From positions 576,001 through 640,000 of the forward strand of contig OZ251997.1 in assembly GCA_965247095.1 (NCBI GenBank): a DNA stretch of 64,000 nt, in the 5' to 3' direction. Below are positions 48,828 through 63,121 of this stretch, in pieces (position 1 is the stretch's first letter; each line of letters opens with the position of its first letter). This DNA is from Candidatus Multivorans sp. GTDB taxonomy: Bacteria; Acidobacteriota; Thermoanaerobaculia; Multivoradales; Multivoraceae. The notes beneath the pieces were generated by a model, which was not told the origin of the DNA, did not search any database, and saw only the letters and a program-made list of their open reading frames with translations. The translations under genes and the position numbers were made by a program.

Positions 48828-50255
48828 CTACACCTCGATCAGCATCCTCGCCGGATCCTGGATCGCTTCCTTGATCCGGACCAGGAAGGTCACCGCCTCC
48901 CGGCCGTCGACGATGCGGTGATCGTAAGTCAGAGCGACGTACATCATGGGCCGCACGACGATCTCTTTGTCCTCGACCACGGGGCGGTCCTGGATCGCGT
49001 GCAGGCCGAGGACGCCGCTCTGCGGCGGGTTGATGATCGGCGTTGACAGCAGGGAACCGAAGATGCCGCCGTTGGTGATCGTGAAGGTGCCGCCCTGGAG
49101 TTCGTCGATCCGGATGCGCCCGGTGCGCGCTCGCCCCGCGAAGTCGGCGATCTGGGACTCGATCTCGGCGAAGGACAAGCGCTCCGCGCTGCGCAGGACC
49201 GGCACCATCAGGCCGCGGTCGGTGCTGACGGCGATGCCGATGTCGTAGTAGTTCCGGTAGATGATGTCCGTGCCCGAGATCTCGGCGTTGAGACGCGGGC
49301 AGCGGCGCAAGGCGTCGACCGCCGCCTTGACGAAGAAGGAGAGGAAGCCGAGCCGTACGTCGTGGCGCTTCTCGAAAGCGTCGCGGTACTGGCGCCGGAA
49401 GTTCATCACGGCGGCCATGTCGATCTCGTTGAAGGTCGTCAGCAGCGCGGCCTGCTGCTGGGACTCGACCAGCCGTTCGGCGATCCGGCGGCGGATCGGC
49501 GTCATCGTCACCCGTTCCTCGGCGCGGCCGCCGGCTGGGGCGGGCGGGGCAGGGGGCGCCGGTGGCGGTTGGGCGGGCGCCGCGGGAGGCGCCGGAGCGG
49601 CCTGGGGCGCCGGCGCGGGAGCGACGGGGACCGGATCGGCGGCCGGGCTCGGCTCGTCAGGCGCTGGCTCTTGCGCCTCGCGCGAGGCGAGGTAGGCGAT
49701 CACGTCGCTCTTCAGCAGCCGGCCGCCCTTGCCCGTCGCGGGAACGATGGCGGCGTCGAGGTCGTGCTCGGCGATCAGGCGCTGCGCTGCGGGCAGGATG
49801 CGGAGTGGTTCTTCGGTTGGCGGGGCGGCCGGAGGCTCGGATGCGGGCGAGACGCCCGGGTGCCATCCCGTGCGCCCGTCCTCGGGCGCACGGGATGGTT
49901 CGCGGGTGGCGCCGATCGCGCCACCCGGGTTCCCAGGGGCGGAGCCGGATGCGGCCTGGATCCCTGCGAGCAGATCCGTCTGTGCGCCTGCGCCGGCTGC
50001 CGCCACAGTGGCGGTCGCGCCTTCCTCGATGCGGGCGATCACGCCGCCCACCGGAACGGTCTCGCCTTCCGCGCACACGATCTCGGAGAGGACACCGGCC
50101 ACCGGCGAGGGCATCTCGACGGTGACCTTGTCCGTCTCGAGTTCGACGAGTGGCTCGTCGCGGCCGACGGCATCGCCGGCCTGCTTGATCCAGCGCAGGA
50201 TGAGCGCCTCGGTGATCGATTCGCCGATCTCGGGAATCGTGACTTCGTATGTCAT
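48828..50255 (-). CDS. sucB: 2-oxoglutarate dehydrogenase E2 succinyltransferase
   Basis: Lipoyl ETDKV, E3-binding GKGGRLLKSD, LTTFNEID, YDHRIVDG. Confidence 0.95.
   Translation of the reverse strand: MTYEVTIPEIGESITEALILRWIKQAGDAVGRDEPLVELETDKVTVEMPSPVAGVLSEIVCAEGETVPVGGVIARIEEGATATVAAAGAGAQTDLLAGIQAASGSAPGNPGGAIGATREPSRAPEDGRTGWHPGVSPASEPPAAPPTEEPLRILPAAQRLIAEHDLDAAIVPATGKGGRLLKSDVIAYLASREAQEPAPDEPSPAADPVPVAPAPAPQAAPAPPAAPAQPPPAPPAPPAPAGGRAEERVTMTPIRRRIAERLVESQQQAALLTTFNEIDMAAVMNFRRQYRDAFEKRHDVRLGFLSFFVKAAVDALRRCPRLNAEISGTDIIYRNYYDIGIAVSTDRGLMVPVLRSAERLSFAEIESQIADFAGRARTGRIRIDELQGGTFTITNGGIFGSLLSTPIINPPQSGVLGLHAIQDRPVVEDKEIVVRPMMYVALTYDHRIVDGREAVTFLVRIKEAIQDPARMLIEV
49840..49937 (-). repeat. 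Long REP-like element inside the sucB coding sequence
   Basis: Near copy of 31523-31618; translated as PGNPGGAIGATREPSRAPEDGRTGWHPGVSPAS. Confidence 0.88.
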
Positions 50256-50277
50256 CTGGGGTGCCTTCGAGGGATTC

Positions 50278-53184
<2,907 letters not shown>

Positions 53185-53217
53185 CGCTGCCCACCTCCGT
53201 GATCGAACGCTAGCAGG

Positions 53218-54285
53218 CTAGCCTCGGTCCGCTTGGAGCCGCGGGTCGATCACGTCTCTCAGCGTATCGCCGACGAGGTTGAAACTCAGCACGGCGAGGA
53301 AGATCGCGACGCAGGCGGGCGGAATCATGTGGCCGGCCGTGAACAGGTTCTCGTAGCCGGAGCGCAGGATCGTGCCCCAGGACGGGTCCGGCGGCTGGAC
53401 GCCGAAGCCGAGCCAGGAAAGGCCGGCCTCGATCAGGATCGACACGGCGATACCGAAGGTGACGCTGACCAGCACCGGCGCCAGGGCGTTGGGCAGCAGG
53501 TGGCGGAGCACGAGTTGCGCCGGCCGGACGCCCAGCGAGCGAGCTGCGAGCGCGTAGTCCGTCTCGCGGATGCGCAGGATCTCGCCGCGGGCGAAGCGCG
53601 CGATGCCGACCCAGCGGGTCAACCCGATCACGATCATCACGTTCTCGATGCTGGGCGGGAACCAGGCCAGGACCGCGAGGATCAGGAAGAACGGCGGGAA
53701 GCACATGACGACCTCGATGAAGCGCGAGATCACGAGGTCGGCGATGCCGCCGGCATAGCCTGCGATGCAGCCCAGCACCAGGCCGAGGATGACCGCGATG
53801 CCCATCGACAGGAAACCGACCTTCATCGACACCACGGTGCCGTGGACCATGCGCGACAACACGTCGCGCCCGGACTGATCGGTGCCCAGCCAGTGGCGCC
53901 GGGACGGCCCGGCCAGGGGCTCGGCGGCGATCTCGCGCGGGCCGTAGCGCGTCGGCGTCCACAGCGCCCAGTCGCCGCGTTCCGGGTTGAACTCGCGCTT
54001 GAAGTCGAAGGTCGCGAGGCGGTAGGGCCGTTGCTTCTGGATGATCAGTTTGCTTCCCGGCACCTGGTGGATCAGATCGATCACCGCCGGGTAGTAGAAG
54101 CTGCCGTCGAAGCGGCACAGGATCGGTTGGTCGTTGGCCAGCATCGGCGACAGGAAGGAGACCAGGAACAGCGCCGCCACCACGCACAGCCCGACCATCC
54201 CGAGTCGGTGGCTGCGGAAGCGCCGCCAGGTGATGTGCCAGTAGGAGCGCGCCACGGGCGGGTTGTTCGTCGCTTCGGCCGTCAT
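53218..54285 (-). CDS. Peptide/nickel ABC transporter permease (OppC/DppC-like)
   Basis: HWLGTDQSGRDV, EAA-type loop, RHLLPN, PSWG. Confidence 0.92.
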   Translation of the reverse strand: MTAEATNNPPVARSYWHITWRRFRSHRLGMVGLCVVAALFLVSFLSPMLANDQPILCRFDGSFYYPAVIDLIHQVPGSKLIIQKQRPYRLATFDFKREFNPERGDWALWTPTRYGPREIAAEPLAGPSRRHWLGTDQSGRDVLSRMVHGTVVSMKVGFLSMGIAVILGLVLGCIAGYAGGIADLVISRFIEVVMCFPPFFLILAVLAWFPPSIENVMIVIGLTRWVGIARFARGEILRIRETDYALAARSLGVRPAQLVLRHLLPNALAPVLVSVTFGIAVSILIEAGLSWLGFGVQPPDPSWGTILRSGYENLFTAGHMIPPACVAIFLAVLSFNLVGDTLRDVIDPRLQADRG

Positions 54286-54286
54286 T

Positions 54287-55267
54287 TCACTTGTCGTAGC
54301 TGATCCGGGGGTCGACCAGACCGTAGGTGAGGTCGGCGATGAAGGTGATGCCCAGCACGAGCAGGGCGGTGATGAAGTTGAGCGCCATGATCGTGGGATA
54401 GTCGCGCTGCAGCACGGACTCGAAGTACAGGCGGCCCAGCCCCGGCCAGTTGAACATGTACTCGAGGATCACGCTGCCGCTGAGCACGAACGGGAAGGTC
54501 AGGCCGATCAGGGAGATCAGGGGGATGAGGCTGTTCGTGAAGGCGTGCTTGAGCACGACGGTGCGCTCCCCGAGCCCCTTGGCGCGCGCGGTGCGGACGT
54601 AGTCCTGACGCACCACCTCGAGCAGGTTCTGGCGGATGAAACGGGAGTAGTAGGCGAGATTGCCGAAGGTGAAGCAGAAGGTGATCAGGACGTAGTGCTG
54701 CGCCAGGTCCCACATCTGGCCGAGCATCGTCATGTCGTCGTAGCCGTCGGACCGCATGCCGCGGAAGGGGAGCAGGTCCCATTTCACGCCCAGGTACAGG
54801 ATCAGCAGCATGCCGGCGACGTAGTTCGGCACCGAATAGAGCATGTAGAGGCCGGTGCTGACGGATCGGTCGAAGCCGCCGCCCTGTTTGAGCGCGCTGT
54901 AGATGCCGATCGGCGTGGAGATGATCAGGGTCAGCATGAAGGAGAGGAGCGCGACCGACAGGGTCGGCCACAGCGCCTCGCCGATCTTGGCGGACACCCT
55001 CCTTCCGTCGTGGAAGGACGACCCGAGGTCAAAGGCGGCCAGCTTGCTGACCCAGTTCCAGTACTGGACAGGAATCGGCTTGTCGAGCCCGTAGAGTTCC
55101 CGCAACTGCTGGTAGACGCGCTCCGAGACCGCGGCGTCGGCGATCTGGGAGGTCTGGAGCTGCGCCGGGTCGCCCGGAACGAGCTGGATGATGAAGAACG
55201 AGATGACCGAGATGCCGAAGAGGGTGATCAGTCCAGTTGCAAGCCTGCGGAGGATGTAGCTGAGCAA
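54287..55267 (-). CDS. Peptide/nickel ABC transporter permease (OppB/DppB-like)
   Basis: YILRRL, PGDPA, DYVRTARAKGL, DLTYGLVDPRI. Confidence 0.92.
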   Translation of the reverse strand: MLSYILRRLATGLITLFGISVISFFIIQLVPGDPAQLQTSQIADAAVSERVYQQLRELYGLDKPIPVQYWNWVSKLAAFDLGSSFHDGRRVSAKIGEALWPTLSVALLSFMLTLIISTPIGIYSALKQGGGFDRSVSTGLYMLYSVPNYVAGMLLILYLGVKWDLLPFRGMRSDGYDDMTMLGQMWDLAQHYVLITFCFTFGNLAYYSRFIRQNLLEVVRQDYVRTARAKGLGERTVVLKHAFTNSLIPLISLIGLTFPFVLSGSVILEYMFNWPGLGRLYFESVLQRDYPTIMALNFITALLVLGITFIADLTYGLVDPRISYDK

Positions 55268-55308
55268 GGTCGATCTCGAAGTGTGAACGGTGCCTACAAT
55301 ACCGTCCC

Positions 55309-56700
55309 TTGAAGAGCGCGATCCCAGTCAGTGACGGCCGGCCGGTTCGGCGGGAGTTAGGTGCGGTATTGCGTCTGGCGACGCCGGTCATTGTGGTGCA
55401 GGTCGGCATGGTGTTCATGGGCGCTGTGGACACCATGATGCTCGGCCGGGTTTCCGAGACCGACCTGGCGGCCGGCTCGATCGGCAACGCGCTCAGCATT
55501 GCCGTGATCTGGTCCTTCATCGGCATTCTGCTGGCGATCGACCCGATGGCGGCGCAGGCGTTCGGCGCCGGCGACCACCGGCGAATCAGCCGCGTGCTCT
55601 GCCGGGGCGTGGGAATGGCGGTCCTGCTGTCGGCGCCGGCCACCCTGATCGTGTTGGAACTAGATCGGGTCCTGCCGCTCACGGATCAACCGCAGGCCAT
55701 CATCGAACCGGCCACCGCCTACCTTCACGGCATCGGCCCCGGCGTGATCGCCTTTCTGCTCTTCATGTGTCTGCGGCAGACGCTGCAGGCGATGAGTATC
55801 GTGCGGCCGGCCCTGATCTCGATCGCCGTCGCCAACGTGTTCAACGCGCTCGCGAACTGGGCGCTGATCTTCGGCAACCTCGGCTTCCCGGCACTCGGTG
55901 TACGGGGCTCCGCCTACGCCACGTCGGGATCCCGCTGGGTGATGCTGATTGTGATCGCGGTGTTCGGCTGGCGTCACCTGCGCCCGTACGTCGGCGGATG
56001 GCGGCTGTCCTGGTTGCGCCCGGCCGCCCTGCGGCCCTTCCTGTGGGTGGGCGTGCCGATCGCGGTTCAGGTTTCACTCGAGGTCAGTGTATTCAGTTTC
56101 GCGGCCGTCCTGATCGGCCGGTTGGGCGAGGCCGAACTGAGCGGTCACCAGGTGGCGATCAGCCTCGCCTCGATCTCCTTCATGGTTCCGCTGGGTTTCG
56201 CGGGCGCCGCCACGACCCGTGTCGGCAACGCGATCGGGCGCCGGGATCAGGTGGCCGCCCGTCGCTCGGCCCTGGTCTGCCTCTGCCTCGGCGCCGGTGT
56301 GATGACCGCCTTCGGCCTCGTCTTCTTCTCGCTGCCGCAGCTCCTGGCGCGCTTGTTCAGCGATGTCCCAGGCGTGGTCGCGGCGGCCGCCGCGCTGATC
56401 CCGATCGCCGGCCTGTTCCAGGTCGCCGATGGCCTCCAGGTGGCCGCCGCCGGTGTGCTCCGGGGAGCTGCCGACACGCGCTTTCCCGCGTTCGTCGCTC
56501 TCGTGGGCTACTGGGTGGTAGGCATGCCGGTCGGCGCCTGGCTGACCTTCGAGAGAGGGCTTGGCCCGAGCGGAGTGTGGTGGGGCCTGACCTTCGGCCT
56601 GGTCTTCGTGGCGATCTTCCTCGCGTTTCGCGTGCGCTGGCGTCTGTGGCGGTGCAGCTTGGTCCCCCTGCTGCCGGCCGACTCCGTGGACGACGAGTGA
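55309..56700 (+). CDS. MATE family efflux transporter (NorM-like)
   Basis: VDTMMLGR, AQAFGA, PALGVRG, RVGNAIG, FQVADGLQ; about 12 TM. Confidence 0.92.
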   Translation: MKSAIPVSDGRPVRRELGAVLRLATPVIVVQVGMVFMGAVDTMMLGRVSETDLAAGSIGNALSIAVIWSFIGILLAIDPMAAQAFGAGDHRRISRVLCRGVGMAVLLSAPATLIVLELDRVLPLTDQPQAIIEPATAYLHGIGPGVIAFLLFMCLRQTLQAMSIVRPALISIAVANVFNALANWALIFGNLGFPALGVRGSAYATSGSRWVMLIVIAVFGWRHLRPYVGGWRLSWLRPAALRPFLWVGVPIAVQVSLEVSVFSFAAVLIGRLGEAELSGHQVAISLASISFMVPLGFAGAATTRVGNAIGRRDQVAARRSALVCLCLGAGVMTAFGLVFFSLPQLLARLFSDVPGVVAAAAALIPIAGLFQVADGLQVAAAGVLRGAADTRFPAFVALVGYWVVGMPVGAWLTFERGLGPSGVWWGLTFGLVFVAIFLAFRVRWRLWRCSLVPLLPADSVDDE

Positions 56701-56841
56701 CTGCGGCGACGCCGGACATCTCCACCTTGATCAGTGGCAAGGCGGTGGCCGCCGGTGGCCAAGCTTCACCGCGGGCCGCAGCCCGGATAGTCTCCCGCCG
56801 GCCCGGCGCGATCCTCGGGCCCCAGAGAGGTCCACTGATCC

Positions 56842-58104
<1,263 letters not shown>

Positions 58105-58172
58105 AGGCCCCGTCTGACAAGCGATAGCGTCCCGGAGTGGAGATAACCGGACGCTGAACGTCCCGGATTGCC

Positions 58173-59144
58173 TCAGCCGGACAGCGCCGCCAGCTTCTCG
58201 GTCAGCAGCGGGACGACCTGCTTGTAGTCCTCGACGATGCCGAAGCTGCAGTGCTTGAAGATCGGCGCGTCGGCGTCGGTGTTGATCGCGGCGACGACCT
58301 TGCTGTCGCCCATGCCGAGGAGGTGCTGGCTGGCGCCGGAGATGGCGATCGCCAGGTAGAGCTGGGGAGCGACCTTCTTGCCGGTCTGCCCCACCTGCCA
58401 GTTCGGGGGCACCCAGCCGGCGTCGCAGGCTGCGCGTGACGCGCCCTGCTCGGCGCCGATGGTGTCGGCGAGCTTCTTGAGTTCCTGGAAGGGCTCGGGA
58501 CCGCCGAGGCCACGGCCGCCGGAGACGATGACCTGGGCGTCCTCGAGCCGGACGCCTTCCTGGGCGGCCTCTTCGCGGTCGACGATGCGGATTCGCGACG
58601 GGTCGAGGCTGAGATCGACCGAAGTCACCTCGCCTGATGACGGCTGTTCGGGCGCCGGTTCGAAGCCCCGCGCCCGCAGCCACACGACGGCCGGGCTCTT
58701 CTTGAGCCGGTAGATCGAGATCGCCTTGCCGCCGTAGGCGGTGCGCTGGGCCAGCAGGTGGTCGCCGTCCATGCGGATCGCGGCCGCGTCGGCCATCGAG
58801 CTGCCGCCCAGGCGGTGGGCGAGCCGCGGCGCGATCTCCTGGCTGTACGTGTCGTTGCTCATCAGCACGGCGACGTAGTCCCCGCCTCCGGCCTCATGGA
58901 GCTGCTGTGCTGCCTGCAACGCCTGCTCGGGCTGGTGGTCGCGCAATTCCTCGGCGTCGCCGATCAGGACGCGGTCAGCAACGGCCGCCAACGACGCAAC
59001 CGCGTCGTCCGCTGCGGGGCCGATCACCAGCACATGGAGTTCGCCGCCGACGCTTGCGGCCAGCGCGCGTCCGGCGCCGATCGCACCCTGCGCGGCGCGG
59101 TCGTAGCCGAAACTGCCAAGAACACAGACTGCAACGTTCGCCAT
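58173..59144 (-). CDS. etfA: Electron transfer flavoprotein alpha subunit
   Basis: VSGGRG, GASRAA, QVGQTGK, ISGASQH. Confidence 0.95.
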   Translation of the reverse strand: MANVAVCVLGSFGYDRAAQGAIGAGRALAASVGGELHVLVIGPAADDAVASLAAVADRVLIGDAEELRDHQPEQALQAAQQLHEAGGGDYVAVLMSNDTYSQEIAPRLAHRLGGSSMADAAAIRMDGDHLLAQRTAYGGKAISIYRLKKSPAVVWLRARGFEPAPEQPSSGEVTSVDLSLDPSRIRIVDREEAAQEGVRLEDAQVIVSGGRGLGGPEPFQELKKLADTIGAEQGASRAACDAGWVPPNWQVGQTGKKVAPQLYLAIAISGASQHLLGMGDSKVVAAINTDADAPIFKHCSFGIVEDYKQVVPLLTEKLAALSG

Positions 59145-59188
59145 CGTTCTCTCCTTCTACCCGTCTCTACCTAAGATCCCGGTCCGCG

Positions 59189-60010
59189 TCAGCCGATCGA
59201 GGCCACGACTTCGTGGATCTTCCGCGCGAGTTGACCAACCCGCTCTTCCAGGGTGTCGCCCTCGGCCAGTTCGCACTCGATTTCGTCCGCCGGCACGAAG
59301 ATCTCCTCGACCTCGAAGTTGGAGGAGCCGTTCCGGATCTCGTCGCTGTCGAGTCCGAGGTCGGCCAAGCTCAGCTTCTGGAGCGGCTTGCGGTAGGACA
59401 TCATCACGTCCCGCGTCTTCGGGATGCGCGGCACGTTGTCCTCGTTGTTCGTGATCGTGGCCACGAACGGAGGTTCGGCTTCCGCGACCTCGATGCCGAC
59501 ATCGGTCTGGCGGCGGAGCGTGACGCTGCCGTCGCCGGGACTCAGGCTCTCGACGAAGCCGAGCGCCGGCCGTCCCAGTTCCTCCGCCAGTGCGCCGCCG
59601 GTCTGCCCCGTGCCCCAGTCGCCCGATTCCCGGCCGACCAGCACCGCATCGAACGGCCCGCCGTCCTGCTCGAGGTGCAGGGTAGCGGCCGCCAGCACCT
59701 GGCCCACGGCCGCGGCGTCGGGGTTCGTGGCGCCGTCACGCACCACCAGGCACGCCTCGTCGACGGTCATCGCCATCGCCTTGCGGAGGCAGTCCTCGGC
59801 CGAGGACTCTCCGTAGCAGAGGGCGGTGATCTTGACGTCGCCTGCCGCCTCCCGGAACTGGAGCGCGGTTTCGATCGCGTTCTCGCAGAAGATGTTCGTG
59901 ACCAGGTTCGCGCCGCCGCGCTTCGCGGCCTTGGCTGCCGGGTCGATCTGGAAGTCGCGGGCCGGGAGGTCCGGGTCGAGGATCTGTTTCAGGCAGACGA
60001 GCACTCTCAT
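59189..60010 (-). CDS. etfB: Electron transfer flavoprotein beta subunit
   Basis: VLVCLKQILD, GRESGDWGTGQTG, PRIP; ATG 60010 after a GAAGGAG RBS. Confidence 0.92.
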   Translation of the reverse strand: MRVLVCLKQILDPDLPARDFQIDPAAKAAKRGGANLVTNIFCENAIETALQFREAAGDVKITALCYGESSAEDCLRKAMAMTVDEACLVVRDGATNPDAAAVGQVLAAATLHLEQDGGPFDAVLVGRESGDWGTGQTGGALAEELGRPALGFVESLSPGDGSVTLRRQTDVGIEVAEAEPPFVATITNNEDNVPRIPKTRDVMMSYRKPLQKLSLADLGLDSDEIRNGSSNFEVEEIFVPADEIECELAEGDTLEERVGQLARKIHEVVASIG

Positions 60011-60063
60011 TCTCGGTTCTCCTTCGCTGTGGGCGTGGCGCCGTTGCCCATTGCCGCGTACCC

Positions 60064-60720
60064 CTATTGGTCGGGATCCTTGGCCTGCTCGGCGTTTCGA
60101 TTCAACACGGCCGAGACCGCCATCCGGGTCACTTCCGCCACCACTTCGTCCCCGTCGAGCCGCCCGTCCGCCCGGTACCAGCGCGAGATCCACAGCACCA
60201 TGCCGACCAGGCTGAAGGCGCCAACGGTGGGGTCGAGGCCCAGGACCTTGCCCTCGTCGCGCAGGGCGGCGAGCGTGTCGGCGATGAAGTCGACGTAGTC
60301 CCGCTGCCTGCCGATGATGTCGATGCGGTCGTTGGGCAGCAGCCCTTCGAGTTCGTTGACGAGGATGGTCAGCGCCGACGAGTCCTGCGTGATCAGGCGG
60401 GCGTGGCAGGCGACGATCGCGTGCAGCCGCGTTTCCGGGTCCTCGTGCCGGCGGGCCGGTTCGATGACCTGCTCGTCGAGCTGGTCCATGGCGAAGCTCA
60501 TGATCGCGAACAGCAGGTCCTGCTTGCCCTTGATGTAGTAGTAGAGCCCGGCCTTGGTCAGCCCCACGGCGGCCGCGATGTCGTTGATCGAGGTGGCGTG
60601 GTACCCCTTGCGGTGGAAGATGCGCGCCGCGTTGCGGTAGATCTCGGCCCGGCGGTCCGGGTCGCTTTCGCCGGTCGTCGTGCGACCGGTCGCGTGCAGG
60701 GGGTTGTCCAGAGCAGTCAT
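60064..60720 (-). CDS. TetR/AcrR transcriptional regulator
   Basis: GYHATSINDIAAAVGLTKAGLYYYIKGKQDLL; C-terminal WISRWYRADG. Confidence 0.92.
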   Translation of the reverse strand: MTALDNPLHATGRTTTGESDPDRRAEIYRNAARIFHRKGYHATSINDIAAAVGLTKAGLYYYIKGKQDLLFAIMSFAMDQLDEQVIEPARRHEDPETRLHAIVACHARLITQDSSALTILVNELEGLLPNDRIDIIGRQRDYVDFIADTLAALRDEGKVLGLDPTVGAFSLVGMVLWISRWYRADGRLDGDEVVAEVTRMAVSAVLNRNAEQAKDPDQ

Positions 60721-60754
60721 CGGATCTACGTTGCGAACAAGGCTACGGTGGAGT

Positions 60755-60772
60755 CTACCGACCGCCCGGTAG
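60755..60772. promoter_or_regulatory. Probable TetR operator CTACCG-ACCGCC-CGGTAG
   Basis: Dyad overlapping a TAGACT -10 hexamer (60752-60757, minus) upstream of tetR. Confidence 0.65.
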
Positions 60773-60805
60773 GTACGCAACGGGTTGTCGTAGCGGAGTC
60801 CGTTC

Positions 60806-62875
60806 CTACGGAGCTGGTTCGGAGGTCTCGCCGACAGCGTCCCAGAGCAGTTCCGCCACGTCCTTGACCTTGACGTCGCGGTCGCCGCGCCGGGCGTTCA
60901 CGCCGTCGTCGAGCATCGTTGCGCAGAACGGGCAGCCCACCGCGACGACATCCGCTCCGGTGTCGACCGCTTCCTGGGCGCGCTCCTGGTTGACGCGCTG
61001 ATCGGACGGCTCGTCGACGAATGCCATGCCGCCGCCGCCGCCGCAGCAGAAGCTCTGGTTGCGGCTGCGCTTCATCTCGACCTGCCGGGCGCCGCCGACC
61101 TTCGCCAGCAGGTTGCGGGGCGCGTCGTACTCCCCGTTGTGGCGGCCGAGGTAGCAGGGATCGTGGAACGTGATCGTCTCGCCCGCGTTTGCCCCACCGG
61201 TTGCCGCATCGGCCCCGTTCAATCGGCCGGAGGCCAGGAGCTGATCGAGGAACTGGGTGTGGTGGTAGACCTCGTAGCTGCCGCCGAACTGCGGGTACTC
61301 GTTCTTGAACGAGTTGAAGCAGTGCGGGCAGGAGGTCACGACCTTGCGCACGCCGTAGCGATCCAGGGTCTCGACGTTGCCCTTGGCCAGCATCTCGAAC
61401 AGGAACTCGTTGCCGACGCGGCGGGCCGGGTCGCCGCTGCACGATTCCTCGCGGCCGAGGATCGCGAACTTGACGCCCGCCTGTTTCAAGAGCTTCGCGG
61501 TGGCGCGGACGGTGTTCCGGTTGCGCTCCACGAGGGCGCCGCCGCAACCGACCCACATCAGGACCTCGGCCTGGTTCGGATCGTCCATGTCGGCCATCAC
61601 GTCGATGTCGAGGCCCTCGGTCCAGTCGACCCGGCTGAACTGGGTGCCCGCGAACGGATGCTTCCGCTGTTCGAGCGAGTTCATCATGTCCATCATCCCT
61701 TCCGGGAAGTCGGCCTCTTCCATGACCAGGTGGCGCCGGGCGTCGACGATCTTGGGCAGATGCTCGATGTGGACGGGGCAGGCCTCCATGCAGGCGGCGC
61801 AGGTGGTGCAGGAGAACAGCGCCTCGGGGGAGACGGCGGTCTTCTGGTCGATGATCGGCAGCAGTTCGGCGTCGCCGTTTCCATTGCCATTGCCGCTGGC
61901 CAGAAGGCTGTCGCCGCGCTTGTGCATCAGGGCCTGCAGGTCGAGGATGATGTCGCGTGGCGACAGGCTCTTGCCGACCGCGTTCGCGGGGCAGACGTCG
62001 GTGCAGCGGCCGCACTCGGTGCAGGCGTCGAAGTCGAGCAGGTCCTTCCAGGTGAAGTCGCCGAGGTGGTTGATGCCGAACCGCTCGGCGGTCTCGAAGT
62101 CGATCGCCTTCAGGCTGCCGCCGTAGCCGTCGAGGTTGGCGGTGAAGATGTTGAGCGGCGCCGTTACGACGTGCGACATCTTGCTGAAGGGCACCCAGGC
62201 GATGAAGCCGAACGCGACAGCCAAATGAAACCACCAGATGACGACGTGACCGGTCTGCATCGCGGCGTCGCTCATGAACGGGTCCGAGGCGCGTGCGAAC
62301 AGATTGCCGACGGGCGACCAGGCGGCCCAGACATCGTCGGTGACCGCGATCCGCCAGCCCTCGACCATGAAGCCGGTGAAGGCCATGACGAAGATCGCGA
62401 CCAGGATCCGGCTCGCCTCGTCGGTGTAGACCAGCTCCGCCGGCTTCGAGACCCAGCGGCGCACCGCGGCCAGGGCGACGCCGACCAGCACGAACAGACC
62501 GAAGACATCGACAATCAGCGACTGGAAGATCAGGTAGAAGTGCCCCTTCATGAGGTGCAGGGGCGTGTCGTGGTGGATCGCCACCACGGTGGTCGCCAGG
62601 AACAGGACGATGAAGCCGGTGTAGACGAGGCTGTGGAAGAGGCCGGCGTAACGGCTGCGCAGTGTGCGGCCCTGGCCGACGGCGTTCCTGAGGAAGAGCT
62701 GGAGCCGCTCGCCCAGCCGGTCGAACCGCACCGCCGGCTGGCCGGCGCGCCAGCGGCGGATCTTGAGCCAGAAGCCCCACGCGAAGACGGCCAGGGTGGG
62801 GACCATCAGGACGTAGACCAACCACGAGTACTGGATGTTCCAGAAGACCTCGCGTGTGGCCTGGGTGGGATCCAT
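60806..62875 (-). CDS. FadF-like membrane Fe-S oxidoreductase (HdrD/GlpC-related)
   Basis: TM region, CTECGRC..CP and CTTCAAC..CP, CCG domains (CPHC, CCGGGGG, CPFC). Confidence 0.9.
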   Translation of the reverse strand: MDPTQATREVFWNIQYSWLVYVLMVPTLAVFAWGFWLKIRRWRAGQPAVRFDRLGERLQLFLRNAVGQGRTLRSRYAGLFHSLVYTGFIVLFLATTVVAIHHDTPLHLMKGHFYLIFQSLIVDVFGLFVLVGVALAAVRRWVSKPAELVYTDEASRILVAIFVMAFTGFMVEGWRIAVTDDVWAAWSPVGNLFARASDPFMSDAAMQTGHVVIWWFHLAVAFGFIAWVPFSKMSHVVTAPLNIFTANLDGYGGSLKAIDFETAERFGINHLGDFTWKDLLDFDACTECGRCTDVCPANAVGKSLSPRDIILDLQALMHKRGDSLLASGNGNGNGDAELLPIIDQKTAVSPEALFSCTTCAACMEACPVHIEHLPKIVDARRHLVMEEADFPEGMMDMMNSLEQRKHPFAGTQFSRVDWTEGLDIDVMADMDDPNQAEVLMWVGCGGALVERNRNTVRATAKLLKQAGVKFAILGREESCSGDPARRVGNEFLFEMLAKGNVETLDRYGVRKVVTSCPHCFNSFKNEYPQFGGSYEVYHHTQFLDQLLASGRLNGADAATGGANAGETITFHDPCYLGRHNGEYDAPRNLLAKVGGARQVEMKRSRNQSFCCGGGGGMAFVDEPSDQRVNQERAQEAVDTGADVVAVGCPFCATMLDDGVNARRGDRDVKVKDVAELLWDAVGETSEPAP

Positions 62876-62936
62876 GGGTGGGACTGTACCGCCGAGTCGA
62901 AGTATCCGGCAATTCCGGTCAGCGCTTTCCTCGTCT

Positions 62937-63030
62937 TAACCTCTTGCTCATGAATGACTTACGCCGGTCGCGGCGGGCGCACCGGATCCGGTGCGGAGGG
63001 GACGTAAACCTCTGAAACCAAAGAACTTAC
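62937..63030. repeat. Two 26-bp TAA-N5-TG-N6-AA-N2-ACTTAC motifs flanking an 18-bp perfect palindrome
   Basis: Motifs at 62937-62962 and 63005-63030; CGCACCGGATCCGGTGCG at 62978-62995. Confidence 0.6.
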
Positions 63031-63121
63031 AAGGTCTTAGTATGGTGCTTCTCCGCAGAGTTTTCCGCAGATTCTGCGGACTTCGGTGGGGATGCGGGAC
63101 CGTTTCGGCCCCGGGTCTCAG

